Assembly (NCBI GenBank): GCA_011364925.1
Contig: RDOA01000006.1
Location: 32,484 to 96,483 of the forward strand
Direction: 5' to 3'
Origin: Promethearchaeota archaeon
Lineage (GTDB): Archaea; Asgardarchaeota; Lokiarchaeia; Sigyniarchaeales; SOKP01
DNA length: 64,000 nucleotides
Shown piece after piece: positions 7,881 through 17,409 of this stretch (position 1 is its first letter; every line of letters starts with the position of its first letter). The notes beneath the pieces were generated by a model. That model ran no database searches. It was not told the origin of the DNA and saw nothing but the letters and a program-made list of their open reading frames with translations. The translations under genes were made by a program, and so were the position numbers.

Positions 7881-10586
7881 TTATTGTATTTCTTGGATTT
7901 GTTTATCCATTAGAGCTGCTTGGGCTGCAGCAATACGTGCAACCGGTATTCTAAATGGTGAACATGATACATAATTAATTCCAATTGAATGAGCAAACAC
8001 AATTGATTTTGGGTCTCCCCCATGCTCACCACATACGCCCATCTTCAGATTAGGTCTCGTTTCTCTCCCAAGCTTGATGGCCATCTTCATTAACTTACCT
8101 ACACCATCTTGATCTAAAGTTTCAAAAGGATTGCGCTCTAATATTTCTTTATTTAAATATACTGGGAGAAACTTGCCCTCTGCATCGTCTCGACTAAAAC
8201 CGAATGTCATTTGGGTAAGATCGTTTGTTCCAAAAGAGAAAAATTCTGCTTCCATCGCAATTTCGTCAGCAGTTAAGGCAGCTCTGGGAATCTCAATCAT
8301 AGTTCCAAACTTATATTCTAACTCCACTCCGTAATCTTTAATAGTTTCTTCTGCTATCTCAAGCAGTTGAGCTTTTACATACTGCAACTCTGAAATCATT
8401 CCGACGAGAGGAATCATTACTTCTGGGATTACCTCAACTCCTTGTTTCTTTAGCTCACAAGCAGCCTGAAATATAGCTCGAACCTGCATCTCATTAATCT
8501 CTGGCCATATTATCCCAAGTCGGCAACCTCTTAGGCCCATCATAGGATTTTCCTCCGAAAGGGAGCGAATCAATTGTATCACTTTCTTTTTCTTCTTGAG
8601 TTCTTCGTCAAGAGGAGTAACATCTAACAATGCTTTGGACAAAGAGTTAGTCATTTTTAATTCTTGATGTTCTAATAACACTGTTGATAACTCAGGTAAA
8701 AATTCATGTAAAGGAGGATCAAGTAACCTGATCGTGACCGGTTTTCCTTCCATAATTTTGAATATTTCTAGGAAATCCCCTTTTTGCATTGGTAAAATTT
8801 TATCCAAGAGATCCTTTCTGTCTTCTTTAGTCCTTGCCATTATCATATTTTGAACTACAGGTAATCGGTCTTGAGCCATGAACATATGTTCTGTTCTTGT
8901 TAAACCTATGCCCTCAGCACCAAATTCTATAGCCTTTTTTGCATCAGTTGGAGTATCAGCGTTTGCTCTTACACCTAAAACCCTTATTTCGTCTGCCATT
9001 TTTAATAATTTTGAAAATTCACCTTTGATTTCTGGTTCTACTAAGGGGACTTTTCCTTCTATTACACGACCAGAAGTTCCATCGATAGTTATATAATCAC
9101 CTTCTTTAACTACAGTCTCTGCTACTCTAAATTCTTTCGCTTCTTCGTCAATTTCGATATCTTGGGCACCCACAACCGCAGGTTTACCCATACCTCTTGC
9201 TACCACAGCAGCATGAGATGTTTTTCCTCCAAATTGAGTTAAAACTCCACTAGAAGCATACAATCCATGGACATCTTCTGGTTTAGTCTGTGGTCGTACT
9301 AATATTATATCCTCTTGAGTACCATGAGCTTTTGCTTCAGCATCATCAGAATCAAATATTGCGATTCCTGAAACTGCTCCGGGTGAAGCATTAATGCCGT
9401 TTGCTAACACACGTATAACTGCATTCTCATCTATACTTTTAAATAGAAGTTTAGAAACTTTTCCAGGATCAATACTCATTATAGCTTCTTCCTTCGAGAT
9501 TAAACCTTCATTGACCATATCTACAGCAATTTTAACTGCTGCAGATGGTGTTCGTTTACCATTCCGGGTTTGTAAGATAAATAATTTCCCATTTTCAATG
9601 GTAAATTCAATATCTTGCATGTCTCGATAGTGCTTCTCAAGGTTCACCATGGTTTCTTTCAATTCTTTATAAATTTCTGGAAATTCTTCGTTCATTTCTT
9701 CAAGCTTTTTTGGAGTTCTAATTCCTGCAACGACATCTTCTCCTTGAGCGTTAGCAAGGTATTCCCCAAATTTAATATTATCACCATTCGAAGGATCTCG
9801 CGTAAAAGCTACTCCAGTGGCTGAATTCCATCCTTTATTTCCAAAAACCATTACTTGAACATTAACAGCTGTACCAAAATTAGGTATATTGGAAATTTTC
9901 CTATATGTAATTGCTCGTTTATTATTCCAAGATTTAAAAACAGCTTCAATTGCTATAGATAGTTGTTCATACGGATCTTGAGGAAATGGTGATCCTATCT
10001 CCTTTTCATACAATGCCTTATAATCTGCTATTACTTTTTGCAGATCTTCTACTTTTAGATCAGTATCTTGAGCAGTTCGAGAGATAGCGCGTTTATACTT
10101 AACAAGAATTCTTTCGAATTTTTCATCACCAATCCCCATACACACATCTCCAAACATTTGGATAAATCTTCTCCAGGAATCATAAGCAAATCGAGGGTTC
10201 TCGGTTTGTTCAGCTAATCCTTTAACAGATACATCATTTAATCCAAGATTCAATACAGTATCCATCATTCCCGGCATGGACATAGGAGCACCACTTCTCA
10301 CACTTAGTAATAATGGATTCTTAATATCTCCAAATATTTTCCCTGTTTTCTTTTCGAGTTTTTTTAAATGATCGTGAACCATAGGTTCAATTTGAGCCAT
10401 AATTTTTTTGGGGTCTTTAAAATAGAGTAAACACGCTTCTGTGGTGATAGTAAATCCGGGAGGAACATTTAGTCCCAAATTAGTCATCTCTCCAAGATTA
10501 GCCCCTTTTCCACCAAGTAAGTTTTTTAATTCTTTTTTACCTTCTTTAAAATCATAGATATACTTGGAAGTTTCAGTAGTTGTCAT
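7881..10586 (-). CDS. ppdK: pyruvate, phosphate dikinase
   Basis: 901 aa with an ATP-grasp N-terminus (LLGGKGANLGEM), the phosphohistidine motif GGKTSHAAVVARG, and the C-terminal PEP-utilising motif with Cys (GVCGEHGGDP). Confidence 0.95.
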   Translation of the reverse strand: MTTTETSKYIYDFKEGKKELKNLLGGKGANLGEMTNLGLNVPPGFTITTEACLLYFKDPKKIMAQIEPMVHDHLKKLEKKTGKIFGDIKNPLLLSVRSGAPMSMPGMMDTVLNLGLNDVSVKGLAEQTENPRFAYDSWRRFIQMFGDVCMGIGDEKFERILVKYKRAISRTAQDTDLKVEDLQKVIADYKALYEKEIGSPFPQDPYEQLSIAIEAVFKSWNNKRAITYRKISNIPNFGTAVNVQVMVFGNKGWNSATGVAFTRDPSNGDNIKFGEYLANAQGEDVVAGIRTPKKLEEMNEEFPEIYKELKETMVNLEKHYRDMQDIEFTIENGKLFILQTRNGKRTPSAAVKIAVDMVNEGLISKEEAIMSIDPGKVSKLLFKSIDENAVIRVLANGINASPGAVSGIAIFDSDDAEAKAHGTQEDIILVRPQTKPEDVHGLYASSGVLTQFGGKTSHAAVVARGMGKPAVVGAQDIEIDEEAKEFRVAETVVKEGDYITIDGTSGRVIEGKVPLVEPEIKGEFSKLLKMADEIRVLGVRANADTPTDAKKAIEFGAEGIGLTRTEHMFMAQDRLPVVQNMIMARTKEDRKDLLDKILPMQKGDFLEIFKIMEGKPVTIRLLDPPLHEFLPELSTVLLEHQELKMTNSLSKALLDVTPLDEELKKKKKVIQLIRSLSEENPMMGLRGCRLGIIWPEINEMQVRAIFQAACELKKQGVEVIPEVMIPLVGMISELQYVKAQLLEIAEETIKDYGVELEYKFGTMIEIPRAALTADEIAMEAEFFSFGTNDLTQMTFGFSRDDAEGKFLPVYLNKEILERNPFETLDQDGVGKLMKMAIKLGRETRPNLKMGVCGEHGGDPKSIVFAHSIGINYVSCSPFRIPVARIAAAQAALMDKQIQEIQ

Positions 10587-10731
10587 ATTTCAATTCTCAA
10601 ATGTAGTTACAAAAACAAATTTTTTTTAACATGCTTTTGCATAATCTTTAAATTATGCTTTTGATCTATAATTTCTCTTCTGAAATAAAATTTACCATAT
10701 AGAATAGATTGATAAGATGAAATTGAATATT

Positions 10732-11556
10732 TTATTTTTTTAAAATCTCTAAAATATCCCAAATTCCATTAATTATAAAATCGGGCTGGTATGATTGATT
10801 TTTCTCAATCATTTCAATATTTGTTTCTCCTGATAACACGCAACATGTTATTATTCCAGCTTCATGTCCCATTTTGATATCAGTATATAATCTATCTCCA
10901 AATAATATTGCATCTCTAGGTTCTATATCAAGTTCACGAAGCTTGAAGAGGATCATTTCTTTATTAGGTTTTCCAAACACCTTTGGCATTCGTTCCGTAG
11001 CTTTAAATAGGAGTGCTGCAATTCCTCCGGCATCAGGAATATATCCTTTTTCTGTAGGGCATCTATTGTCAAGGTGTGTCGCTACATAAGGTAGATCTCC
11101 TTGGAGCATGTAAGAAGTTTTAACAAGTTTATCGTACGTTAGATCTTGATCAAAAGCAAGTACTACTATTTCAGGATTAATATCGGTTAAAGTAAAGCCC
11201 TCTTGTTGAAATTCAAGTTTAAGAGATTCTGTTCCTAATAAGTAGACTCGTTTATAATTCTTGCTTCTCAGATATTCAATCGTAGGGTGTTGAGACAAAA
11301 TTAAGTTATTAATTGTGACATTGAGATTTAGATCGTTTAATTTTTTAATATAATCTGACGTAGACTTACTGGAATTATTCGAAAGAAAGAAGAAGGGTAA
11401 TTCTTTTTCATGTAAAATTTCTATTAATTCTCTAACCCCTTTGAAAAGCTTGTTTCCTAAATATATCGTCCCATCTAGGTCAAAAAAGAATACTTTTTTT
11501 TTTCCTAATATAGACGACAATTCGTTAATTGAACTCATATTTACTAATCTTAACAA
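10732..11556 (-). CDS. HAD-superfamily hydrolase, subfamily IIA (NagD/PGP-like sugar phosphatase)
   Basis: 274 aa with HAD motif I (FFFDLDGTIY), LSNNS, and the C-terminal GDRLYTDI motif. Confidence 0.8.
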   Translation of the reverse strand: MLRLVNMSSINELSSILGKKKVFFFDLDGTIYLGNKLFKGVRELIEILHEKELPFFFLSNNSSKSTSDYIKKLNDLNLNVTINNLILSQHPTIEYLRSKNYKRVYLLGTESLKLEFQQEGFTLTDINPEIVVLAFDQDLTYDKLVKTSYMLQGDLPYVATHLDNRCPTEKGYIPDAGGIAALLFKATERMPKVFGKPNKEMILFKLRELDIEPRDAILFGDRLYTDIKMGHEAGIITCCVLSGETNIEMIEKNQSYQPDFIINGIWDILEILKK

Positions 11557-11649
11557 TTATTTTGGAGAATTATAAATTATTTCTTAAATAATTAAGCGTC
11601 TCAAATTAATTAGTATTTTCGAATTTTAAAACAAAGAAGTCATTAGCTT

Positions 11650-12306
11650 TTATTCGTTCAAAACTAACCATGCTTTATACTTAAGAGTAAACTTCCCTTT
11701 CTCTAGTGGATCATACCCTGTAGATTCTTCAAAAATGATTTGTTTTATTTCAGAATCAAGTTTTTTATATAAAATCCCAATATTCCTCCTGGCTAAAGTT
11801 ATGCACACTAAAAATAAACAGCCAACGATACTAAAACTAAGTATTAATGCTTCTAATTCATTCGTATACATGTTAGAAAAAGACCAGATAATTATAAATG
11901 GGACAATACTAAAAATACAGTATAAGCAATAATTTTGAGACTGAAAGTTAAAAAAGTTCTTATATATATGACTAATTATAAAACGATCTGCGTCTTTTAG
12001 CAACCAGTTTTTGTATTTAGATTTAAATTTTCTCCCATCTTCCGGACCTATCCCAAACTTTTCTTTAAATTGTTCTTGTTTCAATCTAGTGTCTAGTATA
12101 ATGAATATTTTCCTCACCTTATTTTGAAGAGAAAGAAGGAAGAAACCTAAAACGCTCAAGAATAAACCCAAATATAGATAAACTGGTAATCCGATGCTTC
12201 TTATACCACCTTCAAGGAAAAATATTATGAGGAAGATTGTAATGAAAGCTGAGATAATTTTTTTAATTTCAAATTTCAATAATAAACCCAAGATTGAATT
12301 TACCAT
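11650..12306 (-). CDS. hypothetical 4-TM membrane protein with an internal duplication
   Basis: 218 aa. Its two halves each have 2 TM segments followed by a related tail (LDTRLKQEQFKEKFGIGPEDGRKFKSKYKNWLL versus LDSEIKQIIFEESTGYDPLEKGKFTLKYKAWLV). Confidence 0.5.
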   Translation of the reverse strand: MVNSILGLLLKFEIKKIISAFITIFLIIFFLEGGIRSIGLPVYLYLGLFLSVLGFFLLSLQNKVRKIFIILDTRLKQEQFKEKFGIGPEDGRKFKSKYKNWLLKDADRFIISHIYKNFFNFQSQNYCLYCIFSIVPFIIIWSFSNMYTNELEALILSFSIVGCLFLVCITLARRNIGILYKKLDSEIKQIIFEESTGYDPLEKGKFTLKYKAWLVLNE

Positions 12307-12344
12307 TTTAATAATAACAGTTAAAGATATTTGCTGTAATAAGG

Positions 12345-12356
12345 AAAAAAAAAAAA
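12345..12356 (-). terminator. oligo-T (T12 on the minus strand) candidate archaeal terminator
   Basis: An A12 run on the + strand lies about 48 nt downstream of the stop of the 12404-13852 gene and upstream of the next minus-strand gene. Archaeal RNAP terminates at oligo-T tracts. Confidence 0.35.
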
Positions 12357-12403
12357 GTAAAAATTTAAGAATTATGGTTTTGAGTTTTTTAAGTATTAAC
12401 TTG

Positions 12404-13852
12404 CTACGACTCTACCTTAGTTCCACACCATTTACAAAATTTATCATTCTCAGAGAGTTTACTGTTACAAAAAGAACACGTTTTCGCCTTAGCAGGAGTA
12501 ACTACTCCGGTTGTTCCTGTAATTCTTCCCTCAACTTTTCCTCCACAATTCGGACAGAAGACGGCATCTGGTCGAATTGTTGAATTGCATCGTACACACG
12601 TAGTTGTTGCTGCTTTTACTTGTTTTTCTGGAACTTTTGGAGGAGCAGCTTGAGACGACGGTTTTGATTTTAATTTCTTTTGGCCTCTTCGAGCTAACAC
12701 TGCTGCAACGATTATTATTCCAACAACAACTATAATGGCTATCAGTATGGGCTGGACACCAATCCATCGATCAACAGAAGTAATTCCTGTCTCATATGTT
12801 ACATCAAATGTAATGGTTGTTGATTCCTCAGGGGATAACATTGGATCGAAAAAGATAAAGAAATACCAAGTTCCATCGTCAGGGACTGGAAAAGAATCTG
12901 AAATAGAAAGTACGCCTTCAACTGGTTTATATGCAACTGAGAAATCAACTACATCAACGGCAGAGTATACGATTGTAAAATTAACTGATGCTGTTGACGG
13001 TCCATCATTAAACCAAACCACGTAGTAATCCATTGCAGATAGTATATTATATACACCCATTCCTTGCATTGTATTAGATTCTTCCACAAAAAACGAGGGA
13101 CTTCCCCCTTGGTTCCATTCGTAAAGATTCTGTCCGCTTGCGATAAAGAAATCAATTTGTACAGACGCATTAAAATTATAGATAATTGAGGAGCCCGGTT
13201 TTAAAAAATATTGAATATATTCATACTGGTTGTTTGACAGTACGAGTTGATCAGTATCGTTTCCAAATCTAGTTGTAGTTGGCAAGTCTTCGAAGGGGCG
13301 ATCCCAAATTGCAAAACTGATATAGCTAGGCGAAGACTGAATAGAATAGGTGATAGATCCTCCTTGGTTAACGGATTCATATTCATACCAGTATTCATTG
13401 AAGTATAATGTCTCTGTGGAACGATAATTGACAGTACCGTTCGTGTTCGCACTACTAAAAGGAAACCAAATAGCAACATTTAAAAGAGGTAATAAGATCA
13501 GTCCCAAAACTATAGCTATCGTTATACCTCCTCCTACATAGACGGGAGAATAATACCATGGTCTATACCAATATCCTGCCCAATACGGGTGATACCACCA
13601 ACGATAATACCAAGGTCGATAACCATACCAATAGCTTCTATAAGGTCTATAATATGAATGACGGTAGGGACCACTCGGTGCCCTTGAAGTTATTCTAGTT
13701 GCCCCTGTTCTCCCAAAAGGAGCTCCACCCGGTCTATATCCTCCCATACGGAAACTAGCAGGCCCACCTCGAAATCCACCGCCTCGAAATCCACCACCTC
13801 CAAATCCTCCGCCTCGAAACCCGCCACCGCGAGCTCCACCACCACGTGGCAC
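12404..13852 (-). CDS. membrane protein: N-terminal RGG/FG and Tyr/Trp/Arg/Pro-rich low-complexity region, TM, beta-rich ectodomain, TM, C-terminal double zinc ribbon
   Basis: 482 aa with a GTG start 2 nt after the upstream stop. The N-terminus is MPRGGGARGGGFRGGGFGGGGFRGGGFRGG followed by YRPWYYRWWYHPYWAGYWYRPWYY. There are two hydrophobic spans, and the C-terminus carries CVRCNSTIRPDAVFCPNCGGK and CSFCNSKLSENDKFCKWCGTK. Confidence 0.7.
   Translation of the reverse strand: MPRGGGARGGGFRGGGFGGGGFRGGGFRGGPASFRMGGYRPGGAPFGRTGATRITSRAPSGPYRHSYYRPYRSYWYGYRPWYYRWWYHPYWAGYWYRPWYYSPVYVGGGITIAIVLGLILLPLLNVAIWFPFSSANTNGTVNYRSTETLYFNEYWYEYESVNQGGSITYSIQSSPSYISFAIWDRPFEDLPTTTRFGNDTDQLVLSNNQYEYIQYFLKPGSSIIYNFNASVQIDFFIASGQNLYEWNQGGSPSFFVEESNTMQGMGVYNILSAMDYYVVWFNDGPSTASVNFTIVYSAVDVVDFSVAYKPVEGVLSISDSFPVPDDGTWYFFIFFDPMLSPEESTTITFDVTYETGITSVDRWIGVQPILIAIIVVVGIIIVAAVLARRGQKKLKSKPSSQAAPPKVPEKQVKAATTTCVRCNSTIRPDAVFCPNCGGKVEGRITGTTGVVTPAKAKTCSFCNSKLSENDKFCKWCGTKVES
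13540..13852 (-). repeat. GC-rich low-complexity coding repeat (GGx/RGG units, then an aromatic-Arg-Pro-rich tract)
   Basis: This is the only visibly GC-rich stretch in the window. It contains repeated ggtgg/cgagg units encoding (R/F)GGG repeats. Confidence 0.6.
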
Positions 13853-13854
13853 TT

Positions 13855-14859
13855 TTAAATTCGCACCTCACTGGAATCTTCTTTTTGTTTAAAAAAGTAA
13901 TCTCGATAGATAGCTGCTAATATAAGAAGCATAGAAATGATCGATATTGCAAAACCTAAACCATCGATAATAACAGGAGGAGCTGGGACCGCTATTGCAA
14001 AAGCTACTCCGAAAAGCACCCATTGAACGATTAGAAATGCGACAAATAGTATAGGGATGACAAATCGCACAATATTCCCGGTTTGAATGTTTCGCATATC
14101 AGAATATCCTGCATATATGATTGAAAATAAGCTAAGTATTCCAAATATGAGTATTAAAAAGCTAAAGATTACAATGACTAGCCAAATTCCTCCGTTAAGA
14201 CCAATTAAATTCGTGAAGGGAACTATAAAATCATTCCCTCTTGCTTCAAAAAAGCTAAATTCTACAGAACCTCCTCGTATTTCAGCTGTTCCAAACAAGC
14301 TGAGCAAATCTGCTTGTTGTCCTGAAAAAAAGCCATATATACCAATGAGAGGAAGAATAACTGCTAAAACAAAAGCAAGGATTGAACATACGCTAGCAAA
14401 CCAAAATTCAGCATTCCTAGTGTTTGAAACAGGAATTAAACCAACTTCGTCTACAACTTTATCAGGGATATAACTCCAACAGTCTTGTATAGTGGCTACT
14501 CCTTGCAATTTTCCATCTTCAACTACAGGGACTACATTAACTTGCAAATCTCGCATTCGCGCAAAGGCTTCTTTCACTGGACTTTTGAGAGAGACTGGCT
14601 CGATTTTGTACATAGCGGAAATCACATTCTCTGTTTTAATATCTTTTCCTTCAGCTACGATATTATGGACAATGTCAATATCAGCAATAACACCAAGTAC
14701 TTCTTCATCCTTAAGCACAACTAAATCTGGTACACCTAATTCTTTCATTTTTTTAGCCGCATCTTGAATAGTGGCTGTAGATTCTACCACGCCATATTCG
14801 TCGTCAATAATTAAATCTTCGACATAAAATTCTTTTTTTGACAAATCTATAATCAACAC
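13855..14859 (-). CDS. CBS-domain pair protein with a C-terminal multi-TM domain
   Basis: 334 aa with a GTG start. The N-terminal approximately 140 aa is a tandem CBS pattern (ATIQDAAKKMKELGVPDLVVL..., VKEAFARMRDLQVNVVPVVEDGKLQGVATIQD). The C-terminal half has 4-5 hydrophobic helices. Confidence 0.75.
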   Translation of the reverse strand: MLIIDLSKKEFYVEDLIIDDEYGVVESTATIQDAAKKMKELGVPDLVVLKDEEVLGVIADIDIVHNIVAEGKDIKTENVISAMYKIEPVSLKSPVKEAFARMRDLQVNVVPVVEDGKLQGVATIQDCWSYIPDKVVDEVGLIPVSNTRNAEFWFASVCSILAFVLAVILPLIGIYGFFSGQQADLLSLFGTAEIRGGSVEFSFFEARGNDFIVPFTNLIGLNGGIWLVIVIFSFLILIFGILSLFSIIYAGYSDMRNIQTGNIVRFVIPILFVAFLIVQWVLFGVAFAIAVPAPPVIIDGLGFAISIISMLLILAAIYRDYFFKQKEDSSEVRI

Positions 14860-15010
14860 TTTTTTTAGTAGATTAGCTATTTATTAACAGACAAAACGAA
14901 TTATTAAAATTAACTATAGTCCAATATTTATGTATTATTCTTTACAGATTATAAATCCAAAATGCAAAATAGAATATGAGATGTAAAAAGAGAATAAAAA
15001 TAAAAAAAAG

Positions 15011-15478
15011 TTAATAGAATTCAGTATCAACCATTGTGGTGGAATTAACTAATTCTTGAGCAGCTTTCGTTGCTCTCATTACCTTCGCCATGTTGCCAAC
15101 TAATTTAAATTTCCCCGCCATTAAACCTTGAATTGGATCTAGTTCTTTTTTCAATACTTTTACCCAGTTATCGTAAGGTCCTGAAAATACAAATTCAGCT
15201 CCTAACTTCTCACCTTCTTTTAATGGTCGTGGTGGCGAATTTGGAGGTAATATATCGAATTCCTCACCGTCAGCTAATGTCTTAGCTCCAGTACAATCTC
15301 CTTTGTATAATCCAACAAACATATTAATTTTCTTATCCAAATTCCCACTTGGTTCGACGACGAAAACAAAATCGCCTTCCCACCAAGAGGCTGCTTGTTT
15401 ATAATTAGGATTGTCATTTACTGCTTTCATGAAAGCTTGAGCCCAATCGTTCGTCCCAAATTTTGGCATTTTAATCAC
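15011..15478 (-). CDS. SCP2 (sterol carrier protein 2-like) domain protein
   Basis: 155 aa with the C-terminal signature LDPIQGLMAGKFKLVGNMAKVMR, which resembles the SCP2 GKLK.KGNM pattern. Confidence 0.6.
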   Translation of the reverse strand: MIKMPKFGTNDWAQAFMKAVNDNPNYKQAASWWEGDFVFVVEPSGNLDKKINMFVGLYKGDCTGAKTLADGEEFDILPPNSPPRPLKEGEKLGAEFVFSGPYDNWVKVLKKELDPIQGLMAGKFKLVGNMAKVMRATKAAQELVNSTTMVDTEFY

Positions 15479-15604
15479 TTATATACTATTATTCTTTGTT
15501 TTGATAATTATTGAATTAGTATAATTATAATAAGTAAGTTTAATAAATAAAGGATTATAAATAATGTGAATAAGGAAAATTGAAGCTTAGAGAATTAAAA
15601 ATAG

Positions 15605-16777
15605 TTATATTCCTATGCCAATTGTATTGCCTATTCCTGCAACAATAACTTTTGCTCCCTTTTCAGTACGTTTCCTGATTCTCATCTTTAATTTCTCGAC
15701 AATAGGATGCACACTTTTAGTGATTGGACGTGACATAGTTGTGATTGCATTCTCTAAAGATTGACTGCAGATTAAAGCTTCAATTGGAATTCCTTTCTTA
15801 TTTTGGGTATTTTCATTCATCATAGATTCCTCAATATAGTACTTCTCGACACCAGGTCCACCAATTGCAGCACCAACCCCGATAACTATAGAACCTGTTT
15901 TATCACTTGAAAGTTTCAAACCCGCATCAATCGTTATAATTCTAGAAATAGATTCTCCATGTTCTTCAACTAACTTTTTTATTGCAGTCCCTGGTTTTCC
16001 GACAGTTCCTCCAGGACCTTTAGCTCGAACCACATATACCGTTCTATCTTCGAATAAGACTTCTTGGACAATGGTTTCTTTTGCGATTTCTTTAGCCTCT
16101 ACATCGTTTGAATTAGCAACGTCTCTTACAAAACTACCGGCAACTAGAGGTCCGAGTGCGTCTCCAATTGGACTACCTTCCGCAAAGGCTTTGGTAGCGT
16201 GAAAGTATGATTTACCCAAAGCAAGAATAATCGACATTTGCATAGAGATTTGCATAAGGATAATGTAAGATTTCGATTTTTTACCTAGAATTAAGTAATG
16301 TTTTACAAGTCTACAAACAAAATCGACGGCCATTGCGGCTTCAAAAATATTTTCTAAATTTTGTGCTTGGTATGATTCAGAATCGATATTGGGGGCTAAC
16401 TCTTTAATTTCTTCTTTAAATCTGTCGTCTCTTACATCAAAAATGTGAGCTAATTTTGGAATAATACCAAATGGATCAAGACTAACTGGAGTTATCGCAA
16501 CAAAAGTCATAAAATTCTCAATTTTTAACATTAAATCTTTTTCAGTTTCATTTTTATTCGCGTATTTCTTGAAATTTGATAATAAAATTTGTTTACACTC
16601 GTCATTCCATTTTTTAAGCTTTTCTAATCCTGACTCGATCTCTTTTTGTGATCTCCAAGCTTGAAGCTTTGTCCCGTAAAACATCGATACAAAAATTAAC
16701 GCAAACCAAAGCAAATTAAAAATTAACGCGAGAGGATCGCTTCCCGTTTGACCGAACTGCATTAGTTGTATTAACAT
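15605..16777 (-). CDS. conserved archaeal hypothetical protein, N-terminal TM anchor (DUF1512-like, from memory)
   Basis: 390 aa with an N-terminal hydrophobic segment (LALIFNLLWFALIFVSMFYG). Size and layout fit the archaea-only DUF1512 family as I recall it. Not verifiable here. Confidence 0.4.
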   Translation of the reverse strand: MLIQLMQFGQTGSDPLALIFNLLWFALIFVSMFYGTKLQAWRSQKEIESGLEKLKKWNDECKQILLSNFKKYANKNETEKDLMLKIENFMTFVAITPVSLDPFGIIPKLAHIFDVRDDRFKEEIKELAPNIDSESYQAQNLENIFEAAMAVDFVCRLVKHYLILGKKSKSYIILMQISMQMSIILALGKSYFHATKAFAEGSPIGDALGPLVAGSFVRDVANSNDVEAKEIAKETIVQEVLFEDRTVYVVRAKGPGGTVGKPGTAIKKLVEEHGESISRIITIDAGLKLSSDKTGSIVIGVGAAIGGPGVEKYYIEESMMNENTQNKKGIPIEALICSQSLENAITTMSRPITKSVHPIVEKLKMRIRKRTEKGAKVIVAGIGNTIGIGI

Positions 16778-16926
16778 TACTGCGCTATCCTTCCTTTAAA
16801 TAACAATTTTAATTGAAAGATTAAATCTATTAAGTTTTCATAATAACAAAATTTATTTAGTCTTATATTCTTTTCTATTATAGAGTATAGTTTACCCTAT
16901 ATTATTACAAGAACTTAAAGATATTC

Positions 16927-17364
16927 ATGATCGACGAAGAAGACGACGAGGAAGTTTTAAAGAAAAAGTGGTCTTTGAAGACTATTCTAAAAAATCTTGT
17001 TTTAATTGGCTTGATTGTTATTGGTATAGCATTTATGTATATCGGTGGACCCGATCCAACAATGAATCTTATTATTGGTTTTACATTCATTTGTTTAGGA
17101 GTTTCAATCATTCAAATGAAAAAACCCCCGAAAGATCCAGTAAGACAGACATTAACAATATTGAAATGCAATAATTGTGGATCGATTGAGGTAAAGAACT
17201 ACGAAGAAGGAGATTTTGTATTTAAATCAAAGGGAGTTTGCACCAAGTGCGCTGGATCTCTGGAAGTAATTCAGATTTATAGTGTCAAATTAAAGAAAGC
17301 TAAAGATAAGGGTAAAAAACTAGAGAAAGACAAAGAAACCTTGAAACAGACTATAAAGATTTAA
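16927..17364 (+). CDS. small 2-TM membrane protein with a cytoplasmic zinc ribbon and a Lys-rich tail
   Basis: 145 aa with an acidic N-terminus, two hydrophobic helices, and the zinc ribbon CNNCGS...CTKCAGS. Confidence 0.5.
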   Translation: MIDEEDDEEVLKKKWSLKTILKNLVLIGLIVIGIAFMYIGGPDPTMNLIIGFTFICLGVSIIQMKKPPKDPVRQTLTILKCNNCGSIEVKNYEEGDFVFKSKGVCTKCAGSLEVIQIYSVKLKKAKDKGKKLEKDKETLKQTIKI

Positions 17365-17409
17365 ATTTTATAATGGTTAGGTGTTTCTCTAATTTTAAAC
17401 AAAATAGGG

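Noticed and set aside
12194-12583. A 129-aa + strand ORF spanning the 12306-12404 intergenic gap
   Set aside because: It overlaps two minus-strand CDSs and crosses the A12/T12 tract. It has no motifs.
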